Origin: an uncultured bacterium
GTDB taxonomy: Bacteria > Actinomycetota > Actinomycetes > S36-B12 > CAIYMF01
Direction of reading: 5' to 3'
DNA: 64,000 nucleotides
Assembly: GCA_903927265.1 (NCBI GenBank)
Contig: CAIYMF010000102.1
Span: 47-64,046 of the forward strand
Shown here: one piece after another, positions 58,239 through 64,000 of the stretch
Layout: each line of letters begins with the position of its first letter
Numbering within the stretch: the stretch's first letter is position 1
Program-made: the position numbers and the translations under genes
The notes under the pieces: generated by a model
Seen by the model: only the letters and a program-made list of their open reading frames with translations
The model's database searches: none
What the model was told of the DNA's origin: nothing

Positions 58239-59027
58239 ATGGCCAAGCGAATTGATGTCAGTGACCTCGACATCTACTACAGCAAGTTCCTCGCGGTCGA
58301 GGGCGTCACTTTCAGCGTCGAACCACGAACAGTCACGGCCTTCATCGGCCCCTCGGGTTGTGGCAAGTCAACGGTGCTGCGCACTCTCAACCGCATGCAC
58401 GAAGTGATTCCGGGCGCCTACGTCAATGGCAAGGTGTTGCTTGACGGCGAGAACATCTACGACGCTGACGTCGACCCTGTCAACGTGCGGCGCACCATCG
58501 GCATGGTGTTCCAGCGCCCCAACCCATTTCCCACCATGTCGATCTACGAGAACGTGATTGCCGGGCTCAAGCTTGAGCGCACCAAGGGTGTGAAGCGCGA
58601 CAAGGCGTCGATGGACGCCGTGGTTGAAAAGTCACTGCGGGGCGCCAACCTGTGGGAAGAGGTGAAAGACCGCCTCAACCGACCGGGCTCAGGCCTGTCA
58701 GGTGGTCAGCAGCAGCGACTGTGTATCGCCCGTGCCATCGCCGTCGAACCTCAGGTTCTGCTCATGGATGAGCCATGCTCGGCACTTGACCCCATCTCAA
58801 CGCTCGCGATCGAGGACCTCATCGAGGACTTGAAAGAGCGCTACACGATCGTGATTGTCACGCACAACATGCAGCAGGCGGCCCGGGTGAGCTCCACCAC
58901 CGCCTTCTTCAACCTCGCGGGAATCGGTCAGCCCGGACGCATGGTCGAAATGGGGCCGACGGCCAAGATCTTCTCCACCCCCACGGAGAAGGCGACCGAA
59001 GACTACGTGTCAGGCCGATTCGGCTGA
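58239..59027 (+). CDS. pstB: phosphate ABC transporter ATP-binding protein
   Basis: GPSGCGKST (Walker A), [14 protein letters not shown] (signature), LLMDEP (Walker B). Confidence 0.95.
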   Translation: MAKRIDVSDLDIYYSKFLAVEGVTFSVEPRTVTAFIGPSGCGKSTVLRTLNRMHEVIPGAYVNGKVLLDGENIYDADVDPVNVRRTIGMVFQRPNPFPTMSIYENVIAGLKLERTKGVKRDKASMDAVVEKSLRGANLWEEVKDRLNRPGSGLSGGQQQRLCIARAIAVEPQVLLMDEPCSALDPISTLAIEDLIEDLKERYTIVIVTHNMQQAARVSSTTAFFNLAGIGQPGRMVEMGPTAKIFSTPTEKATEDYVSGRFG

Positions 59028-59037
59028 GCCGACTTCC

Positions 59038-59835
59038 TTACTGACCGCGCGACGACAAAAGCTCGCGCACCTTGGCTTGCTGGGCGAGTCCCATTCGGCG
59101 GAAGAGCGGCAGCGCTCGCACTCCGAACTCGGGAACAACTCCGAGGAGTCGCACCTGAGCCCCGCGCCATCGAGGCACGGAGGCGATCAGGCGAGGGCGC
59201 TCGAGTAAACGAACGAGCCGAGCGGAGACTTCCTCAACGGTGGTGAGTCGCGGGGCCGAGAAACTCAGCGCGATAGCAGGGTCATCAATGACCTCGCTGA
59301 TCATCGGCGTCAGCATTCCGTCGGGGCAGATCGCGCTGATATGAATGCCGACGCCTTGAGAGCGCAATTCGGCCTGAAGACCCAACGAGAACGACAACAC
59401 CCCGGCCTTCGTTGCTGCGTACACGCACTCGCCCGGAACGGGTACCCACGAAGCCAGGGATGCGATGTTGATGACGTGACCGCGGCCTCCATTGGCGCGC
59501 ATCACTTCCACTGCTGCTCGAGTTCCGTTCATGACTCCGAGCAGATTGACCATCACAACGCGCTCGACAAGATCGTCGTCCTGCGTCGCCGCATCACCGG
59601 CGCCAAGAATGCCTGCGCAGTTGACCCACACGGAGGGTCGCACTTCGTCGGCTAAGGCGCGGCATTGCGCAGCGCTGCGGACATCGAGTTCGCGGCACTC
59701 GTCAGTCGCCACGACATCAGTGGCCACCACGTCGTAACCCTGCGAACGTAGATCGGAAACGATCTGCTGACCGAGCCCACCAGCGGCACCAGTCACTACA
59801 GCAACGCGTGACGATGAACTGCCCAACGCTGTCAC
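59038..59835 (-). CDS. SDR family oxidoreductase
   Basis: [10 protein letters not shown]..., NCAG, and the S...YAATK catalytic motif. Confidence 0.8.
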   Translation of the reverse strand: MTALGSSSSRVAVVTGAAGGLGQQIVSDLRSQGYDVVATDVVATDECRELDVRSAAQCRALADEVRPSVWVNCAGILGAGDAATQDDDLVERVVMVNLLGVMNGTRAAVEVMRANGGRGHVINIASLASWVPVPGECVYAATKAGVLSFSLGLQAELRSQGVGIHISAICPDGMLTPMISEVIDDPAIALSFSAPRLTTVEEVSARLVRLLERPRLIASVPRWRGAQVRLLGVVPEFGVRALPLFRRMGLAQQAKVRELLSSRGQ

Positions 59836-61049
59836 AGGATGGTGCCCTTGCCGATGGCGACAATGCCACCTGGACTGACCGTGAAGCGCTCGCGATCGAC
59901 ATTGAGGTCAACTCCGATGGTGGCACCATCGGGCACGATGACGTTCTTATCCAGAATTGCGTTACGCACCACGGCATTTCGGCCAATGCGCGAACCCGGC
60001 AAGAGCACCGCGCCCTCGACGTACGAACCTTCACGGACCTGAACGTCGAAGGACACCACACTGTTGCGCACGTGACCACCCGCCACGATTGAGCCCAGAC
60101 CGATCATCGATTCGTGAGCGTTACCACCTTCAACGAACTTTGCCGGCGGCAGCGACGGGGCATCGGACAGGATCGGCCAATGCCGGTTGTACAGGTTGAA
60201 GATCGGGTGCACTGACACAAGATCCATGTGGGCTTCGTAATACGAGTCAAGCGTTCCAACATCGCGCCAGTAGCCCTTGTCGCGATCGGTTTCGCCCGGA
60301 ACATGATTGGTGTCGAAGTCGTAGACGTGTGTGAGCCCCTGCTCGGTGAGCATCGGCAAGATGTTTCCACCCATATCGTGCAGCGAGGTTTCATCGGCCG
60401 CGTCGATACGCAGCGCCTCAATGAGCACGTCGGTGGTGAAGACGTAGTTACCCATCGACACAAATGCTTGATCAGGTGAGCCAGGAACTGCGGGCGGGTC
60501 GGCGGGCTTTTCGTGAAATGCCAGCACCTTGGTGTCGTTGGGGCTTTGCTCGATGACACCGAACGACGAGGCACCCTCGCGCGCCATACGAATACCCGCG
60601 ACAGTGACTCCCGCACCGGTCGCCAGATGCTGCTCGACCATGTCGCGCGGGTCCATGCGGTACACGTGGTCGGCACCAAAGACCACGATGTAGTCAGGCT
60701 TCTCGTCGTAGACCAAGTTCAGGCTCTGGAAGATGGCGTCGGCCGATCCGGTGTACCAGCGCGGTCCGAGTCGCTGCTGGGCAGGAACTGCCGTGATGTA
60801 GTCGCCAAGGATTCCTGACATGCGCCACGTCGTGGTGATGTGCCGGTCAAGCGAGTGCGACTTGTACTGCGTCAGCACGCAAATACGTTTGTACGACGCA
60901 TTCACCAGGTTCGACAGTACGAAGTCGACCAGTCGATAGGCCCCCCCGAACGGGACAGCAGGCTTGGCGCGGTCGGCGGTGAGCGGCATGAGTCGCTTGC
61001 CCTCGCCTCCGGCGAGGACAATTCCGAGCACGCTTGGCTGTGCAGTCAC
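59832..61049 (-). CDS. glgC: glucose-1-phosphate adenylyltransferase
   Basis: [26 protein letters not shown]..., followed by a C-terminal left-handed beta-helix. Confidence 0.9.
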   Translation of the reverse strand: MTAQPSVLGIVLAGGEGKRLMPLTADRAKPAVPFGGAYRLVDFVLSNLVNASYKRICVLTQYKSHSLDRHITTTWRMSGILGDYITAVPAQQRLGPRWYTGSADAIFQSLNLVYDEKPDYIVVFGADHVYRMDPRDMVEQHLATGAGVTVAGIRMAREGASSFGVIEQSPNDTKVLAFHEKPADPPAVPGSPDQAFVSMGNYVFTTDVLIEALRIDAADETSLHDMGGNILPMLTEQGLTHVYDFDTNHVPGETDRDKGYWRDVGTLDSYYEAHMDLVSVHPIFNLYNRHWPILSDAPSLPPAKFVEGGNAHESMIGLGSIVAGGHVRNSVVSFDVQVREGSYVEGAVLLPGSRIGRNAVVRNAILDKNVIVPDGATIGVDLNVDRERFTVSPGGIVAIGKGTIL

Positions 61050-61083
61050 ATCACCACACTAGCCCGCCACTACTGTGTGGCGT

Positions 61084-62256
61084 ATGAGAGTGGCAATCCT
61101 GACCCGTGAATGGCCTCCGGATGTGTACGGCGGGGCCGGCGTTCACGTAGAGCACCTCGTTCCGCAATTGAGGCGACTGGTCGATGTCGACGTGCATTGC
61201 TTTGGCCAGGACCGCCTCGATGCCACCGCCCACGCGGTTCCGGTCGAACTCAGCGACGCCAACGCCGCCCTGCAGACGCTCGGAGTCGACCTCGAAATGG
61301 TTCAGGCCACCGACACTGTCGATGTCGTGCACTCTCACACCTGGTACACGAATATGGGCGGTCACCTCGCCGGTCTGATGCACGGTATTCCGCACATCAT
61401 CACTGCACACTCCCTCGAACCCCGCCGACCCTGGAAGGCCGAGCAACTCGGAGGCGGTTACCGTATCTCGAGTTGGGTTGAGTCAACCGCCTACGCCGCT
61501 GCCGATGCGATCATCGCCGTCAGCGACGGAATGCGCCGCGATGTGCTCGACTGCTACCCCTTCATCGACCCAGCCCGAGTGCATGTCGTGCACAACGGTA
61601 TCGATATGGCGGCGTACGCGCCGCCTGCACAGGAAATCGATATCGCCGAGCTCGGAGTCGATCCAAGCCGCCCGTTCGCCCTCTTCGTCGGTCGCATCAC
61701 TCGTCAGAAGGGCATCGGCCACTTCTGTCGAGCCGCAGCCCTGTTCGACCCTGAGGTACAGATTGTGGTGTGCGCATCGGGGCCCGATGAACCTAAAATC
61801 GGCGACGAGACCACCCAGGCCATTACCGAACTGCAGGCCAGCAGGTCCGCCGGAGTGGTCTGGATCGACCGCATGCTCGACCGACCTTCGGTGGCCGCTC
61901 TCTATCGCGCGGCCGCCGTGTTCGTCTGTCCCTCGGTGTACGAGCCCCTCGGCATCGTCAACCTCGAAGCGATGGCCAGTTCCACCGCGGTGGTGGCAAG
62001 CGACGTCGGCGGCATTCCCGAAGTTGTCGTCGATGGAAGCACCGGGTACCTCGTGCACTATGACGTCGATCAGCCCGAGGCATTCGAAGCCGGCCTAGCT
62101 GCACGGGTCAACGAGGTCGTGTCTCATCCTGGGTTGGCCACCACTCTCGGAGCAGCAGGTCGCGATCGCGCCGAGAGCCACTTCAGTTGGAACTCGATTG
62201 CCCAGCAAACGGTGGACGTTTACCACAGCGCCCAGCAGGTTCACCGTTCGACGTGA
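61084..62256 (+). CDS. glgA: GT4 glycogen synthase / alpha-maltose-1-phosphate synthase (GlgA/GlgM type)
   Basis: MRVAILTREWPPDVYGGAGVHV..., and PSVYEPLGIVNLEAMA. Divergent from glgC, as in mycobacteria. Confidence 0.85.
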   Translation: MRVAILTREWPPDVYGGAGVHVEHLVPQLRRLVDVDVHCFGQDRLDATAHAVPVELSDANAALQTLGVDLEMVQATDTVDVVHSHTWYTNMGGHLAGLMHGIPHIITAHSLEPRRPWKAEQLGGGYRISSWVESTAYAAADAIIAVSDGMRRDVLDCYPFIDPARVHVVHNGIDMAAYAPPAQEIDIAELGVDPSRPFALFVGRITRQKGIGHFCRAAALFDPEVQIVVCASGPDEPKIGDETTQAITELQASRSAGVVWIDRMLDRPSVAALYRAAAVFVCPSVYEPLGIVNLEAMASSTAVVASDVGGIPEVVVDGSTGYLVHYDVDQPEAFEAGLAARVNEVVSHPGLATTLGAAGRDRAESHFSWNSIAQQTVDVYHSAQQVHRST

Positions 62257-63215
62257 ACCGAAAGAGCACTGCACACTCGGTCGGTGAGGCTCGCCAATTC
62301 ACCCGCCGACCGATCGTCGGGTACGCGCTGTACGTCACCGCGGCAACGCTGTTTGCTCTCAACGGTTCGGTGGCGAAGGTTCTGCTTGAGTCAGGTATTC
62401 CAGCAGCACGACTGTCTGAACTTCGTGTCACTGCCGCGATGATCATTCTGGTGGTGATTGTCGCCCTCACGAACCGGCCGGCATTTCGACTACGCCGCAG
62501 CGAGATACGCCGCCTCGTGGTGTACGGCGTGCTCGGAATTGTGATGACCCAGTGGCTGTATTTCGTGGCTCTCGATCGTGGTCTTGCCGTCGGAGTGACC
62601 CTTCTCATCGAGTTCACCGCGCCGATCATGGTTGCCCTGTGGTTCCGATTTGGTTTGAAGGAGCCGGTCGGGGGCCGGGTGTGGTGGGCACTGATTCTGG
62701 CACTGGTCGGTTTAGCGATGGTGGCGCAGATCTGGCAAGGATTCACTCTCGACGTCATCGGAGTGGCTGCGGCATTCGCGGCCGCAGTGGCCCTCGTCGT
62801 CTACTACGTCACTGGCGAAAAGGCAGTCAACGGTCGGTCTGCCCGCGATCCTGTGTCACTCACCATGTGGGGGTTCGTCGCGGCCGCGCTGTTCTGGGCC
62901 GTCGTACAACCCTGGTGGACATTTCCATGGAATGTGCTCGGCGGCGAGTCAACCAGCACCGGCATCTTGGCGTCCGTTCAACAGCCGCTCTTGCTCACGT
63001 ACATGGTGGTGCTCGGAACTGTGGTGCCGTTTTGGCTCGTCGTCGCGTCGATGCGCCACTTGCGCGCATCGCAAGCATCGACGGTCGGCATGAGCGAGCC
63101 AGTCATCGCGTCATTCTTTGCCTTCGTGCTGCTCGGCGAGGTACTCACACCTGTGCAACTCCTCGGCGGTGCCGTGGTGCTGCTGGGTGTGTACCTCGCC
63201 GAGCGTGCGCGCTAA
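62253..63215 (+). CDS. EamA/DMT family transporter
   Basis: 10-TM pattern with two EamA halves. GTG 62253 gives a GTGA overlap with the glgA stop; the track start 62187 overlaps glgA by 70 nt. Confidence 0.7.
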   Translation: MNRKSTAHSVGEARQFTRRPIVGYALYVTAATLFALNGSVAKVLLESGIPAARLSELRVTAAMIILVVIVALTNRPAFRLRRSEIRRLVVYGVLGIVMTQWLYFVALDRGLAVGVTLLIEFTAPIMVALWFRFGLKEPVGGRVWWALILALVGLAMVAQIWQGFTLDVIGVAAAFAAAVALVVYYVTGEKAVNGRSARDPVSLTMWGFVAAALFWAVVQPWWTFPWNVLGGESTSTGILASVQQPLLLTYMVVLGTVVPFWLVVASMRHLRASQASTVGMSEPVIASFFAFVLLGEVLTPVQLLGGAVVLLGVYLAERAR

Positions 63216-63218
63216 GAA

Positions 63219-63635
63219 CTACTTCGAACCACCGAAGAGCCCGCCCAGGATGCTGCTGAGATCGTCAGCGCTGGGAAGTTCACCGTTGGGTGAAAGCTGG
63301 TCGACAAGGCCCGGAAGCATGGTGCTGAGATCGGTGCTGACCTGCTCGGGTGAGACGCCCGCTTCGCTGGCCATCTGCGCGACATTGTCGGCACCTAGCG
63401 CCTGCGACAGCTGGTCGGGGCTGACGGGCGCGTTAGCACCCTGACCCAACCACGAACTCACGAGGTCGCCCAGACCACCGGACTGCAACTTGGCCAGAAT
63501 GCCTTCGAGGCCACCATTCTGGTTCACCATCTCCATCAGCGGACCGGCCATGCTCTGCAGTTGACCCAGATCCATGCCACCGGCGCCGCCCTGGCCGCCG
63601 GTGAGTCCACCCAGAATGTCTTCAATTCCTGCCAT
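63219..63635 (-). CDS. YidB/DUF937 family protein
   Basis: GGLGDLVSSWLGQGANAPVSPDQLSQALG...VSTDLSTMLPGLVDQLSPNG is the DUF937 signature. Confidence 0.7.
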   Translation of the reverse strand: MAGIEDILGGLTGGQGGAGGMDLGQLQSMAGPLMEMVNQNGGLEGILAKLQSGGLGDLVSSWLGQGANAPVSPDQLSQALGADNVAQMASEAGVSPEQVSTDLSTMLPGLVDQLSPNGELPSADDLSSILGGLFGGSK

Positions 63636-63725
63636 TGCCGAACTCCTTTGATTCTGTCGGGACGTTCGCCCGTCAGGCCGACAGTACCCGCCAGCACGAT
63701 GGGATTTCGCGCTGAAACGAGTCGG

Positions 63726-64000
63726 TTAGCGAGAGGTCGAGGCGAGCGTTTCGACCGCTGCCCGACGCATCGAGTCGATGCCCTTGCGCACCTGACGCTC
63801 AACGACGGCAGGAACCAGTCGGTTCGCTAACGCGGCAACGCGCGCCGATCTCGGGGCGATGACTAGCCTGCGATTGCGGTCGATTCCTTCGAGAATGTCG
63901 AGCGCGAGCAAGTCTGCGTCATACAGGCCACCCGGCAACGCGGCCGCGAGTTCGCGGCCGCGACCTGACGCCGACGTGGGCGGAAGTCCGGGCATCACCG
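63726..64000 (-). CDS. C-terminal part of an SDR-like oxidoreductase (5' end beyond the window edge)
   Basis: The reading frame is open to the right edge. The tail resembles SDR C-termini. Weak call. Confidence 0.4.
   Translation of the reverse strand, partial: VMPGLPPTSASGRGRELAAALPGGLYDADLLALDILEGIDRNRRLVIAPRSARVAALANRLVPAVVERQVRKGIDSMRRAAVETLASTSR

Overview
High-GC actinobacterial chromosome segment. The mycothiol genes mshA and mshD, carD, senX3-regX3, a glnR-type orphan regulator and pervasive 1-4 nt start/stop overlaps point to Actinomycetota; I cannot assign a genus. Most of the window is conserved core: cysS-rlmB-ispDF-carD, senX3-regX3/phoU, mshA-gpmA, ppk1-CYTH/CHAD-mutT1-pstSCAB and glgC/glgA. 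Four parts stand out. (1) 5.7-13.1 kb: an ArsR-led, translationally coupled six-gene operon resembling a group-4 hydrogenase or complex I. Its 'large subunit' has a single Cys in 497 aa, so it cannot bind a [NiFe] centre. This is an Ehr-type complex of unknown chemistry, and as far as I recall it has the same gene order as M. tuberculosis Rv0081-Rv0087. (2) 13.1-16.5 kb: a lower-GC accessory patch next to tRNA-Thr. It holds an NHLP/Nif11-like leader-peptide gene with only 5 residues after a Gly-Gly motif, an unassignable 234-aa partner, a shattered vapBC module, and a ~45-nt duplicate of the tRNA 3' end (att-like scar). (3) 47.9-50.0 kb: two paralogous S51/cyanophycinase-like genes. The smaller one is bracketed by a perfect 38-bp inverted repeat, so it may be an invertible or mobilised cassette or form a long-range RNA stem. 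The larger one carries a C-terminal domain about 50% identical to the C-terminus of the CysS encoded in this same window. (4) 19.9-23.7 kb: a 1265-aa protein with tandem, complementary-degenerate class III cyclase domains plus a P-loop NTPase and TPRs, start-coupled (GTGA) to a Na+/H+ antiporter. Other items are candidate PHO boxes, operator-like palindromes and an RsiG-like c-di-GMP anti-sigma homologue. No CRISPR array, intact IS element or integrase is visible. All calls come from reading the translations and DNA by eye, and no database search was run.
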